Shown: positions 1 to 9,081, counted from the first letter of the stretch. The stretch is DNA of 24,612 nucleotides from Acidimicrobiales bacterium (GCA_046093205.1 JBJTFB010000231.1:1-24612), one strand, 5' to 3'. Numbers and translations: made by a program. Notes: generated by a model not told the origin, from the sequence alone.

Positions 1-78
1 TGCGTACCGGGTGCTGCGGCAGGTGAACCCCAGTCCGTACATGTACTTCCTCCGCCAGCCGGGCCTCACCATCGTCGG
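1..78. repeat. Exact 78-bp inverted copy of 1495..1572 (internal trpE sequence)
   Basis: Bases 1-78 (tgcgtaccgg...catcgtcgg) equal the reverse complement of 1495-1572 base for base; identity breaks at 79. Encodes the TrpE peptide [26 protein letters not shown] on the + strand. Confidence 0.95.
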
Positions 79-81
79 CGG

Positions 82-852
82 TCAGCCGGCTGAGCTGACG
101 GACCCGAGCGCCACACCCGCATCCACCCCGCGTCGCACACGCGCGATGCAGCGGTGGGTGCCGCATGACGTGACTTCCACACCGTCCAGGGACGTCCCGC
201 GCTCCACCAGCACCAGACGCACCGGCGATGACGCACCACGTGAGTCCATCCGCTCCACCAGTTCCTGGCCGGGGTAGCAACCCTTCGTGAAGCTCACGGC
301 ACGCGGGAGCACTCCTGTTCCTGCCGGCACGTCACCCTCGAGGATGTCGACTCCCATCGAGGGCCACCCCCGGTCCACGCGCACGGTGTCGAGAACGGCG
401 GGGTCGACCTCCGTGCCGCCAGGGGGAATGGAAACCGTCTCGTCGACGATGTCGAGCCGACCCGGCGCTCCCCAGTCACACACGGCGAGACCGGGATGCG
501 CAAACGAGGGTGACTCACTGTCGGTGAGAAAACCGCGCACCTCCCAGTCGACCGCGGCAATCGACACCTTTGCACGCAGGACGAAGCGCGACAGACGTGC
601 GGTCACCCGCTCCCCGAACCCCTGCTCCACATCGAGCGTGAACTGCTGATGCGAACGGCGCACGACCCGCAGCAGCACGTCCACCTTCCCGTCGGGTGAC
701 AGCAGCAATGACCATGCGGAGTCCCCGTCGGCGAGTGCCTCGATGTCCTGGGCCAGCTGTGAGTGCAGGAACCACCGTGCATCGTCACCCTCCACGAGCA
801 GAACATCACGGGCAAGCGTCGCCCAGCGCCATGTGCCCGGCACCGGGTTCAC
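82..852 (-). CDS. ygfZ: Folate-binding YgfZ/GcvT-family protein (Fe-S/tRNA-modification associated)
   Basis: Signature KGCYPGQE and N-terminal 'VEGDDARWFLHSQLAQDI' GcvT-like segment. GTG at 852 overlaps the trpE stop (GTGA), so the start is trimmed from the 939 ORF call. 256 aa. Confidence 0.85.
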   Translation of the reverse strand: MNPVPGTWRWATLARDVLLVEGDDARWFLHSQLAQDIEALADGDSAWSLLLSPDGKVDVLLRVVRRSHQQFTLDVEQGFGERVTARLSRFVLRAKVSIAAVDWEVRGFLTDSESPSFAHPGLAVCDWGAPGRLDIVDETVSIPPGGTEVDPAVLDTVRVDRGWPSMGVDILEGDVPAGTGVLPRAVSFTKGCYPGQELVERMDSRGASSPVRLVLVERGTSLDGVEVTSCGTHRCIARVRRGVDAGVALGSVSSAG

Positions 853-2384
853 GCGCGCGTCCCCTTGCGCATGCGGCGCTCCGTCATCCGACGGGCTGCA
901 GGCACCGTGGCGAGCAGTGCGCGTGCCTTGTTGTGGCACTCGAGGTCCTCGTCGGCGGGGTCGCTGTCGGCCACGATGCCCGCACCTGCCTGCAGGCTCG
1001 CACCGTGCTCCCCCACGAACATCGTGCGGATTGCGATCGCGGTGTCGAGGTTGCCCGAGAAATCGACGTAGCCCACGACGCCCGCGTACGGTCCGCGCTT
1101 CACCGGCTCCAGTTCGTCGATGATCTGCATGGCACGCACCTTCGGTGCACCGCTCACGGTGCCGGCCGGGAGGGTGGCACGCAGCACGTCGATGGGTCCG
1201 AGGCCGGCGCGCAGGGTCCCGGACACCTGCGAGGTGAGGTGCATCACGTGGCTGTAGCGCTCGAGGGTCATCAGTTCGTCCACGGTGACGGTGCCGAACT
1301 CGGCCACCCGGCCCACGTCGTTGCGCGCGAGGTCCACGAGCATCACGTGCTCGGCGACCTCCTTCGGGTTCTCGCGCAGCTCGCCGGCGAGGCGCCGGTC
1401 ATGCTCGTCGTCTCGTCCACGCTTGCGCGTGCCGGCAATCGGTCGCGAGATGACCTTGCCGTTCACCACCTGCACCAACGGCTCGGGTGAGCCACCGACG
1501 ATGGTGAGGCCCGGCTGGCGGAGGAAGTACATGTACGGACTGGGGTTCACCTGCCGCAGCACCCGGTACGCATCGAACGGGTCGGCGCCGAGGTCGATGT
1601 CGAAACGCTGCGACAGCACCACCTGGAAGATGTCCCCCGCACGCACGTGCTCCTTCGCCACCTCGACGGCACGGCGGTAGCCGCCGTCGGGCATGGACGA
1701 CCGTGTCGGGGGCAGCACGTCGTCCGCAGTCGGTGGCTCCACCGGGACGTACGGCAGGGGCCGTGCGAGGTCCTCCACCGCGTCGTGCACGCGCGCGACG
1801 GCGGCCTCATACGCGGCGTCGATGCCGGCCGCATCGAGGCCGGCGACAGGGACGCTCTCGATGAGGTACACACGCTGGCGCCAGTGATCGAACGCCGCGA
1901 GGCTGCCGATGATGCTGATGGATGCGTCGGGCAGACCGCGGTCATCGCGCGGCACGTCCGGCAGGTGCTCGACCTCGCGCACCACGTCATAGCCGAGGTG
2001 ACCCATGAGACCGCCCTGCAGGGGCGGCAGGTCGGGGTGCAGCGGTGCGCGGTAGAGCGACAGCAGCTCCTCCATGGCCGCGAGCATCCCACTGTCGAGC
2101 GGAACCGAGGACGGCACGTCGCCGGTGGTGGTGATGCGTCCGTCGCGCAGCGTCAGCGTGCCGCGGGGGTTGCGACCCACGAATGAGTACCGGCTCCAGC
2201 GCTCACCGTGTTCCACCGACTCGAGCAGGAAGCCGTCGCCCTCGCCCACGAGTTTCGCGAACGCCGCAACGGGAGTCTCGAGGTCGGCGAGGAGTTCGGT
2301 CCACACGGGCACCACCGTGTGGCGCGCGGCGAGCCCCCTGAACTCCTCCGGTCCGGGGGTGACGGTGGTGCCGTCGGCGATCAC
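849..2384 (-). CDS. trpE: Anthranilate synthase component I
   Basis: [24 protein letters not shown] (Trp feedback motif), [40 protein letters not shown] at 2384 overlaps the hisI stop (GTGA). Confidence 0.93.
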   Translation of the reverse strand: MIADGTTVTPGPEEFRGLAARHTVVPVWTELLADLETPVAAFAKLVGEGDGFLLESVEHGERWSRYSFVGRNPRGTLTLRDGRITTTGDVPSSVPLDSGMLAAMEELLSLYRAPLHPDLPPLQGGLMGHLGYDVVREVEHLPDVPRDDRGLPDASISIIGSLAAFDHWRQRVYLIESVPVAGLDAAGIDAAYEAAVARVHDAVEDLARPLPYVPVEPPTADDVLPPTRSSMPDGGYRRAVEVAKEHVRAGDIFQVVLSQRFDIDLGADPFDAYRVLRQVNPSPYMYFLRQPGLTIVGGSPEPLVQVVNGKVISRPIAGTRKRGRDDEHDRRLAGELRENPKEVAEHVMLVDLARNDVGRVAEFGTVTVDELMTLERYSHVMHLTSQVSGTLRAGLGPIDVLRATLPAGTVSGAPKVRAMQIIDELEPVKRGPYAGVVGYVDFSGNLDTAIAIRTMFVGEHGASLQAGAGIVADSDPADEDLECHNKARALLATVPAARRMTERRMRKGTRA

Positions 2385-2761
2385 GCGACGCCGAACTCGC
2401 GGAAGAAGCACGAGCGCTCGCCCGTGTGGCAGGCCCCGCGGCCCTCCTGGACCACCCGGAACAGCAACGTGTCCCCGTCACAGTCGTACCTCGCGCTGAC
2501 CACGAACTGCCGGTCGCCGCTGGTGTCTCCCTTGCGCCACAGTTCGTTCCGGCTGCGGCTCCAGTAGACCATCCGTCCCTGCGCGAACGTGAGCTCGAGG
2601 GACTCCCGGTTCATCCACGCCATCATCAGGACGTCACCGGTCTCGTCGCACTGGGTGATCGCCGGCACGAGCCCGTCGGCGTTCCACCTCACCGCCGCGA
2701 GTTCACCGGCGGACGGCGTGATGACGCGTCCGTCCCCGTCGTGCGTGTTCCCGTCCGGCAT
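2381..2761 (-). CDS. hisI: Phosphoribosyl-AMP cyclohydrolase (monofunctional, no HisE domain)
   Basis: [39 protein letters not shown] at 2761 chosen because it lies 7 nt after a TACCGT -10 element and avoids overlap with the divergent gene. Confidence 0.93.
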   Translation of the reverse strand: MPDGNTHDGDGRVITPSAGELAAVRWNADGLVPAITQCDETGDVLMMAWMNRESLELTFAQGRMVYWSRSRNELWRKGDTSGDRQFVVSARYDCDGDTLLFRVVQEGRGACHTGERSCFFREFGVA

Positions 2762-2786
2762 TTCCTGAACGGTACCGTCATGTCCC
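2762..2786. promoter_or_regulatory. Predicted bidirectional leaderless promoter (hisI / hydrolase)
   Basis: Perfect palindrome ACGGTACCGT at 2769-2778 gives TACCGT on both strands: 7 nt before the hisI ATG (-) and 8 nt before the hydrolase GTG (+). No Shine-Dalgarno at normal spacing for either gene. Confidence 0.6.
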
Positions 2787-3404
2787 GTGGTCCCCGAAAC
2801 CGTTTCCCTCGTCACGATCGACGGCCTCGAACTGGCTGCCGATGTCGTGTGGGCCGAGGGTGACGCACGGGGGTTCGTGGTGATCGGTCACCCCCACCCC
2901 GCATACGGCGGTGACCGCTGGAACAACGTGGTTCGTTCGCTGCAGGAGGCGGCGGCGGCGTGCGGGTGTCACTCCATCGCCCCGGACTTCCGCGGTGCCG
3001 GGCAGAGTGCCGGCGAGCACGACGGTGGCGGCGCCGAGCGCCTCGACCTCGCCGCGGCGTGCGATTTCGTCGGGCTCGTCGAGGAGTCGCTCCCCGTCGT
3101 GATGTCCGGCTACTCCTTCGGTGCCGCGGTGGGCCTCAACGTGTCGTACCCGTCCGTCACCGGGTGGTTGGCGGTCGCACCACCGGTTTCGATGCTGGAA
3201 CCCGCACCGGTTGCCGCCCATGACCACCGACCGAAGCACATCCTGCTCCCGCGCCACGACCAGTTCTCCACGGTGGATGCGATGCAGGCGTGCACCCGCA
3301 CATGGAACAACACCTCGCTCACGGTGATTGAGGGTGTCGACCATTTCATCGCAACAGGCGCGTTCGAGCCGTGCTGCGCCGCGCTGGAGACCCTGCTGGC
3401 GTGA
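2787..3404 (+). CDS. Alpha/beta-fold hydrolase (COG2945-like)
   Basis: [12 protein letters not shown] motif, nucleophile elbow GYSFG, candidate Asp (HDQF) and His (GVDHF). 205 aa. Confidence 0.85.
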   Translation: MVPETVSLVTIDGLELAADVVWAEGDARGFVVIGHPHPAYGGDRWNNVVRSLQEAAAACGCHSIAPDFRGAGQSAGEHDGGGAERLDLAAACDFVGLVEESLPVVMSGYSFGAAVGLNVSYPSVTGWLAVAPPVSMLEPAPVAAHDHRPKHILLPRHDQFSTVDAMQACTRTWNNTSLTVIEGVDHFIATGAFEPCCAALETLLA

Positions 3405-3415
3405 GCGGGCCGGTG

Positions 3416-4192
3416 TCAGGCCGACGGCCGCACGCGAACCCCCGCGGCCGCCATCGCACGCTTGGCGTCCGCCACCGTGTGCTCCCCGAAGTGGAAGATC
3501 GACGCGGCGAGCACCCCGGTGGCGCCGCCCTCGGTGACGCCCTCCACGAGATGTCCGAGGTCCCCCACCCCGCCGCTCGCGATCACCGGCACACCCACCG
3601 CCGAGCTCACCGCCCTCGTGAGTGCGGTGTCGTAGCCGTCGCGGGTGCCGTCGCGGTCCATGGACGTGAGGAGTATCTCCCCCGCCCCGAGTGACACCGC
3701 GCGCTCCGCCCACCGCACCGCATCCATGCCCGTCGGTGTGCGACCTCCGTGGAGATACACCTCCCACCCTCCGGTGGATGGTTTGTGCTTGGCGTCGATC
3801 GCGCACACCACGCACTGCGAGCCGAACTCGGCCGCGATCCCGGCGATGAGTGCTGGCCGTTCGACGGCACTCGTGTTCACGCTGACCTTGTCGGCACCGG
3901 CGCGCAGCAGCGCCCGCGCATTCGCGAGCTCCCTCACCCCGCCGCCGACAGTGAGCGGGATGAACACCTCGTCCGCCGTGCGCGACACCACGTCCACCAT
4001 GGTTCCGCGCCGGTCAGATGACGCTGTGATGTCGAGGAAGACGATCTCGTCGGCGCCCTGCGCGTCATAGCGCGCAGCGAGCTCCACCGGGTCACCCGCA
4101 TCGCGCAGGCCGACGAAGTTGACCCCCTTCACCACCCTGCCGTCGGTCACATCCAGGCAGGGGATCACCCGCGCCACCACGTCGGGACTCAC
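3416..4192 (-). CDS. hisF: Imidazole glycerol phosphate synthase cyclase subunit
   Basis: [61 protein letters not shown]. Confidence 0.97.
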   Translation of the reverse strand: MSPDVVARVIPCLDVTDGRVVKGVNFVGLRDAGDPVELAARYDAQGADEIVFLDITASSDRRGTMVDVVSRTADEVFIPLTVGGGVRELANARALLRAGADKVSVNTSAVERPALIAGIAAEFGSQCVVCAIDAKHKPSTGGWEVYLHGGRTPTGMDAVRWAERAVSLGAGEILLTSMDRDGTRDGYDTALTRAVSSAVGVPVIASGGVGDLGHLVEGVTEGGATGVLAASIFHFGEHTVADAKRAMAAAGVRVRPSA

Positions 4193-4899
4193 GACAGCAC
4201 GCCGATCGCCTCGGACACGGTGAACCGGTTCTCGTACAGGGCCTTGCCCACTATCACGCCGGCCAGTGCGGGCACGCGTGCGAGTGCCCGCAGGTCATCG
4301 AGGCTCCCCACGCCGCCGCTCGCCACCACCGGCACCGGCGACACACGGGCGGCCGCCGCGAGACCCTCGGTGTCGGGGCCGGCCAGCATTCCGTCGCGCG
4401 AGATATCGGTGATCACGAACGCCGCGGCGGACGGGAACCGCCCGAGCATGTCGGCGAGCGACACGCCGGACGACTGCGTCCATCCGTGCGTCGCCACCGT
4501 TCCCTCCCGGTGGTCGAGACCGACCGCGACCTCCACGATGCGCGACACCCCGTCCACCAACGGAGGGTTCTCGACGGCGGCCGAACCCATGACGACCCGG
4601 GACACCCCGGCCCCGGCAAGTTCGCGTGCATCCTCGGTACTGCGCACCCCGCCACCCACCTGAAGGCGCGCACGCCCGCCGAGGGCTGCGGCCACCGCCG
4701 CGATGACGGGTCGGTTGGTGCCCACGCCGCTGCGTGCGGCATCGAGGTCGACCATGTGCACCCACGGCGCACCCTCGTCGGCGAAACGCACGGCCGTGCT
4801 CACCGGGTCGTCCCCGTAGAAGGTGGTGTCGTCGTAGTCGCCCTGGCGCAGGCGCACCACTCTTCCCCCGAGCAGATCGATCGCAGGGAACAGGTTCAT
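4189..4899 (-). CDS. hisA: ProFAR isomerase (HisA)
   Basis: [60 protein letters not shown] at 4899 overlaps the hisH stop (ATGA). Confidence 0.95.
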   Translation of the reverse strand: MNLFPAIDLLGGRVVRLRQGDYDDTTFYGDDPVSTAVRFADEGAPWVHMVDLDAARSGVGTNRPVIAAVAAALGGRARLQVGGGVRSTEDARELAGAGVSRVVMGSAAVENPPLVDGVSRIVEVAVGLDHREGTVATHGWTQSSGVSLADMLGRFPSAAAFVITDISRDGMLAGPDTEGLAAAARVSPVPVVASGGVGSLDDLRALARVPALAGVIVGKALYENRFTVSEAIGVLS

Positions 4900-5513
4900 G
4901 CCGCCGACTCCACGAAGTTCGCGAGCAGCGCGATGCCCGCCGCGGCCGACTTCTCCGGGTGGAACTGCACCGCGAACACGTTCCCTCTCCGGAACGCCAC
5001 GTTCACCTCGCCCCCGTACCGCACCGTGGCGACCACGTGCGAGGGGTCGTCGGGGACACCGTGCAGCGAATGCACGAAGTACATCCACGGTCCGCCGCCG
5101 AGACCCTCGAGCAGCGGGTCCGGGGTGCGCACGTCGAGACGGTTCCACTGCATCTGCGGACGCGGCACACCGTCGGGGATCCACCGCACGCGTCCCGGGA
5201 TCACCCCGAGACCGGAGTGCGCGGGGTCCTCGTCACTCGAGTCGAAGAGCATCTGCATGCCCACGCAGATCCCGAGGAACGGACGGCCGTCGGCCACCGC
5301 CGCATGCACGCATCCCTCGAGGCCGCTCGCGCGGAGCGCGTCCATGCAGGCACCGAACGCCCCCACCCCGGGGAGGACCACCGCGTCGGCGGAGTCGGCG
5401 ACTGCGGGGTCGGTGGTGAGGACGGCATCGGCCCCCGCACGCTGCAGCGCCTTCTCCGCGGAGCGGAGGTTTCCTATCCCGTAGTCGAGGACCGCGACCC
5501 GCGGGCCGGTCAC
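4896..5513 (-). CDS. hisH: Imidazole glycerol phosphate synthase glutaminase subunit
   Basis: VAVLDYGIGNLRS, LPGVGAF, LGICVGMQML (catalytic Cys), YFVHS, QFHPEKS. GTG at 5513 overlaps the hisB stop. Confidence 0.96.
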   Translation of the reverse strand: MTGPRVAVLDYGIGNLRSAEKALQRAGADAVLTTDPAVADSADAVVLPGVGAFGACMDALRASGLEGCVHAAVADGRPFLGICVGMQMLFDSSDEDPAHSGLGVIPGRVRWIPDGVPRPQMQWNRLDVRTPDPLLEGLGGGPWMYFVHSLHGVPDDPSHVVATVRYGGEVNVAFRRGNVFAVQFHPEKSAAAGIALLANFVESAA

Positions 5514-6103
5514 GAGAGAGTGCCCTTCGTGGAGGGCACCCCCGTGGACTCGACGCGCACCGCATCGCGCAGGCACCGTGCGAGACCCTTGAAGGTGGCC
5601 TCGATGATGTGGTGCACGTTGCGGCCCGCCTTCAGGTTCACGTGCAGCGTGATCCCCGCCGACGTGGCGAGCGACGACACGGCGTGCTCGGCCAGCGAGG
5701 GGTCGAACGCCGGGTTGCCCAGCGGCAGGCACTCGGGCAGCGGCACGTCCCACGCAACGAACGGACGGCCGCTGAGGTCGAGCGCGATCTCCACGAGGGC
5801 CTCGTCCAGCGGGAACGAGCCGCTCGCGAACCTGCGCACACCTGCCTTGTCGCCGAGGGCGTCACGGATCGCCTCGCCGACGGCGATCGCGACGTCCTCC
5901 ACCGTGTGGTGGGTGTCGATGTGGAGGTCGCCTTCGGCCTCCACGATGAGGTCGAACCCGCCGTGACGGGCCAGCTGGTCGAGCATGTGGTCGTAGAAGG
6001 GGATGCCGGTGGACACGCGCGACGTCCCGCTGCCGTCGAGGTCGACCGACACCTCGATGCGGGTCTCCTTGGTGTTGCGGCTGCGCTGGGCGGTGCGGCT
6101 CAT
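5510..6103 (-). CDS. hisB: Imidazoleglycerol-phosphate dehydratase
   Basis: RNTKETRI, TGIPFYDHML, DLHIDTHHTVED, NVHHIIEATFKG, VPSTKGTL. ATG at 6103. Confidence 0.97.
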   Translation of the reverse strand: MSRTAQRSRNTKETRIEVSVDLDGSGTSRVSTGIPFYDHMLDQLARHGGFDLIVEAEGDLHIDTHHTVEDVAIAVGEAIRDALGDKAGVRRFASGSFPLDEALVEIALDLSGRPFVAWDVPLPECLPLGNPAFDPSLAEHAVSSLATSAGITLHVNLKAGRNVHHIIEATFKGLARCLRDAVRVESTGVPSTKGTLS

Positions 6104-6109
6104 GCACCC

Positions 6110-6115
6110 ATTCTC
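6110..6115 (-). promoter_or_regulatory. Candidate internal -10 element for leaderless hisB
   Basis: GAGAAT on the - strand, exactly 6 nt before the hisB ATG, within the 20-nt hisC-hisB gap; no SD. Confidence 0.4.
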
Positions 6116-6123
6116 GCCGTGGG

Positions 6124-7194
6124 TCAGCGGGTTTCGGCAACCAATTCCGACAGCACCGACACGAACAGGCCGTTCTCCGCGCCGTGGCCGACCGTGACGC
6201 GCAGGCAACCCTCGAGGCCCGGCCACGATGAGCAGTCCCGCACGAGGACGCCGCGCTCGAGCAGGCCGGCCCAGATCTCGGCCGACCGGCGGCCGGGGGG
6301 CCGGAACAGCACGAAGTTCGCCCCGCTCGGCCACACCTCGCACCCGACCTCCGCAAGGGACCTTGAGATCCACTCGCGTTCGGTGCGCACGAACGCGACG
6401 TTGTCCTCCATGGCCCCCGTGTGCCCGAGGGCCGCGACCGTGGCCGCCTGCTTGAACGCGTCGAGGTGGTACGGGAGGGAGGCAACTTCCATCGCCTGGA
6501 TGACGTCGCGCGGTGCCACCGCGTAGCCCACCCTCAGCGCCGCCATCGACAGGGTCTTCGAGAATGTGCGTGTCACGACGAGGCTGCCCTCGTCGGTGAC
6601 CATGTCGACCGCCGACCAGTCGGAGAACTCGGCATAGGCCTCGTCCACCACCACGAGCCCGGCCGGAGCCCCGAGAAGCGTCTCGAGGTTCGAGCGCGGC
6701 TCCACGGTGCCGGTTGGGTTGTTCGGGTTACACAGGAACGTGACCGACGGTCGCTCGCGCTCGGTCAACCGCACGATCTCCATCGGGTCGAGGGTGAAGT
6801 CGGCGCGTCTCTCCCCCTTCACCACCTCAGCGCCGGTGACGCGGGCGATCTGCGTGTACATCTGGTACGTGGGTTCGAACACCGCCACCTTGCGACCGTG
6901 GCCCCCGTACGCCAGCAGCAGCATCTGGATGATCTCGTTCGACCCGTTGCCCACGATCACGTTCGCGGGATCCACCGCGTGCCGCTCCGCGATCCTCCCG
7001 CGCAGGATGTGTGCCGACCTGTCGGGGTAGCGGTTCCACTCGAGCGTGTCCGCGATGCGCCCGAGCTCCTCAGTCCACTCCTGCGGGGGGGCGAAGGGTG
7101 ATTCGTTCGTGTTCAGGCGTACCGGGACGTCCACCTGCGGGGAGTGGTAGTTCGACATCGCCACGATCTGCGGTCGCGGCTCGGGCCTGCTCAC
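6124..7194 (-). CDS. hisC: Histidinol-phosphate aminotransferase
   Basis: RLNTNESP, NRYPD, GNGSNEII, CNPNNPTG, VVDEAY, RTFSK (PLP lysine), LRVTVG. Confidence 0.95.
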   Translation of the reverse strand: MSRPEPRPQIVAMSNYHSPQVDVPVRLNTNESPFAPPQEWTEELGRIADTLEWNRYPDRSAHILRGRIAERHAVDPANVIVGNGSNEIIQMLLLAYGGHGRKVAVFEPTYQMYTQIARVTGAEVVKGERRADFTLDPMEIVRLTERERPSVTFLCNPNNPTGTVEPRSNLETLLGAPAGLVVVDEAYAEFSDWSAVDMVTDEGSLVVTRTFSKTLSMAALRVGYAVAPRDVIQAMEVASLPYHLDAFKQAATVAALGHTGAMEDNVAFVRTEREWISRSLAEVGCEVWPSGANFVLFRPPGRRSAEIWAGLLERGVLVRDCSSWPGLEGCLRVTVGHGAENGLFVSVLSELVAETR

Positions 7195-7200
7195 GGGGCC

Positions 7201-7206
7201 AACCTA
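7201..7206 (-). promoter_or_regulatory. Candidate -10 element for leaderless hisC
   Basis: TAGGTT on the - strand, 6 nt before the GTG at 7194; no SD. Confidence 0.55.
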
Positions 7207-7243
7207 CAGAAGGGGCCGACGACTGGCTAACCGGTTTCGGGAC

Positions 7244-7438
7244 CTAACGAGCCGATTTCTCGGCCCGCAGCAGCAGCCTGTGAGCGGACAGCAACGCCCG
7301 CTAGGCCTCGTACATCGCGGAGGCGAGGTCCTCCTGGTTGGCCCCGAGACCGTCGATGAGACCCGCGAGCCTCGCGCGGTATCGCTCCACCGCCTCGGCA
7401 GAGGCCGACAGTTCCGCGCGCACCGTGTCGAGTGACAT
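7244..7438 (-). pseudogene. Small helical hypothetical protein (64 codons) interrupted by an in-frame TAG at 7301-7303
   Basis: MSLDTVRAELSASAEAVERYRARLAGLIDGLGANQEDLASAMYEA*RALLSAHRLLLRAEKSAR*. The frame stays open and helix-like past the first TAG up to a second TAG at 7244-7246. Could be a pseudogene, a base-call error, or a genuine 45-aa gene. Confidence 0.55.
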
Positions 7439-7448
7439 TGCGGCGAGG

Positions 7449-8111
7449 CTACTTCTTGTGTGCACGCGTCGGCAGTGCGGACGACGGGCAGATGTCGGCG
7501 AGTTCACACGAGTCGCAGCGCGGCTTGCGTGCGTCGCACACCCGCCGACCGTGGAGGATCACCCGGAGACTGAACCTTCCCCACTCCTGTGGCGGAAGGA
7601 ATCCGTTCAGGTCGCGCTCCACCTTCACCGGGTCGTCGTTCTCCGTGAGCCCGAGCCGCCGCGACAGACGCCCCACGTGCGTGTCGACAGCGAGACCCGG
7701 GAGGTCCCACACCACGCTGCGCAGCACGTTGCCCGTCTTGCGCCCGACACCGGGCAGCGTGACGAGATCGTCGAGTTCCCGGGGAACCTCCCCCCCGTAG
7801 GCATCGACGACCCTGCGCGCCATGCCGATTAGGTTGCGCGCCTTCGACTGGTAGAAGCCGGTGGAGCGGATGATCTGCTCGAGCTCGGACGGATCGGCCG
7901 ATGCGAGATCGTCCACGGTGGGGTACCTGGCAAAGAGCGACGGCGTCACCATGTTCACCCGAGCATCGGTGCACTGCGCGGACAGGATGGTGGCCGACAG
8001 CAGCTCGTACGCGTTCGAGTGGGTCAGTTCGCACTCCGCCGCCGGGTACAGACCCGCCAGACGACGTGCAACCTCGCGCGCCCGGCCCGCTGGTGTTCTC
8101 GGCTTTGCCAC
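7449..8111 (-). CDS. nth: Endonuclease III
   Basis: LLSATILSAQCTDARVN, HhH motif LPGVGRKTGNV, AVDTHVGR, 4Fe-4S motif CDARKPRCDSCELADIC. GTG at 8111. Confidence 0.96.
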   Translation of the reverse strand: MAKPRTPAGRAREVARRLAGLYPAAECELTHSNAYELLSATILSAQCTDARVNMVTPSLFARYPTVDDLASADPSELEQIIRSTGFYQSKARNLIGMARRVVDAYGGEVPRELDDLVTLPGVGRKTGNVLRSVVWDLPGLAVDTHVGRLSRRLGLTENDDPVKVERDLNGFLPPQEWGRFSLRVILHGRRVCDARKPRCDSCELADICPSSALPTRAHKK

Positions 8112-8133
8112 GGACCGAAGGTACCCTCTGCAC
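8112..8133. promoter_or_regulatory. Predicted bidirectional leaderless promoter (nth / mshD)
   Basis: AAGGTACCCT at 8118-8127 gives TACCTT (-) 6 nt before the nth GTG and TACCCT (+) 6 nt before the mshD GTG; only 22 nt separate the two start codons. Confidence 0.65.
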
Positions 8134-9081
8134 GTGAGAACGTTCGATGTCAGGCGCAGTCTCGACGCCTCCGAACACGCCGATGTGGACCGGCTGCTCC
8201 ACGATGCCTGGCGCGCAGACGGCACCCGACCGATGAGCGATCATCTGTGGCTGGACCTGCGCGAGGGTGGCAGGAAGGGGTTCGCCGGTGTCATCGCCCG
8301 CGACTCCGGCCATTCGCACGTGGTCGGCTACTGCCAGGTGTCCCGCGGGAACGGCTCCTGGGGCATCGACCTCGTTGTGCATCCCCACCACCGGTACGAC
8401 ATGCACGAGATCGGCCCGCGACTGCTCGAGGAGGCGGTCAGGGTGGTGGCCTCGGAGGGTGGCGGGCACGTGCACTGGTGGGTGTTCGAGGCGAACAACG
8501 CACATGCGGCTCTCGCGACGGCGGCCGGGTTCGCCCCCGGGCGGGTGTTGCTGCAGATGCGTCGGCCGCTGCCCCTCGACGGGGCGACGGCGGCTCTGCA
8601 GAACGACCTCCGCCTCGACGAGTTCCGCCCGGGGTCCGACGAGGAGGAATGGCTGTCCGTGAACAACGCGGCGTTCGCGCAACACCCCGAGCAGGGAGGA
8701 TGGACACTCGACACGATCGTCTCGAGGGAATCGGAGCCGTGGTTCGACCCCTCGCTCTTCCTGCTGCACCGCTCCGACGGTGCAATCGACGGTTTCTGCT
8801 GGATGAAGATGCACGGCGAGGAACACGACACCGGCGGGCCGGTCACCGGTGAGATCTACGTGATCGGCGTGCACCCGTCCGCGGCGGCACACGGACTCGG
8901 CCGGAAACTCGCCGTCGCCGGTCTCGTGCGCGCACACGGGGCGGGGGCACACGAGGCGATGCTGTACGTGGACTCCGTGAACGAACGTGCCGTCACCATG
9001 TACCGCGCACTCGGCTTCGAGGCGCACCACACCGAGCATGCGTTCGTCGGCGACGTGGCCGGCGACGCAGTGGCGCAGTGA
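8134..9081 (+). CDS. mshD: Mycothiol synthase (tandem GNAT acetyltransferase)
   Basis: Two GNAT halves; NNAAFAQHPEQGGWT, EPWFDP, GFCWMKMH, GEIYVIGVHP..GLGR, MLYVDSVNERAVTMYRALGF. GTG at 8134; the upstream part of the 7861 ORF overlaps nth. Confidence 0.9.
   Translation: MRTFDVRRSLDASEHADVDRLLHDAWRADGTRPMSDHLWLDLREGGRKGFAGVIARDSGHSHVVGYCQVSRGNGSWGIDLVVHPHHRYDMHEIGPRLLEEAVRVVASEGGGHVHWWVFEANNAHAALATAAGFAPGRVLLQMRRPLPLDGATAALQNDLRLDEFRPGSDEEEWLSVNNAAFAQHPEQGGWTLDTIVSRESEPWFDPSLFLLHRSDGAIDGFCWMKMHGEEHDTGGPVTGEIYVIGVHPSAAAHGLGRKLAVAGLVRAHGAGAHEAMLYVDSVNERAVTMYRALGFEAHHTEHAFVGDVAGDAVAQ

Noticed and set aside
11-277. 88-aa + strand ORF beginning with TrpE-like residues
   Set aside because: Its N-terminus is the inverted duplicate; the rest is antisense to ygfZ. 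Not a gene.
849-2384. PabB (ADC synthase), because of the folate-linked ygfZ neighbour
   Set aside because: LLES and NPSPYM feedback motifs and the position after hisI fit TrpE.
4189-4899. Bifunctional PriA (HisA/TrpF), as in many Actinomycetia
   Set aside because: Has QVGGGVR and THGW, the HisA-type pattern, rather than the SGGIR and RGW that I associate with PriA.
7301-7303. Pyrrolysine or programmed recoding at the amber codon
   Set aside because: No pyl genes or supporting signal in the window; point mutation or base-call error is simpler.
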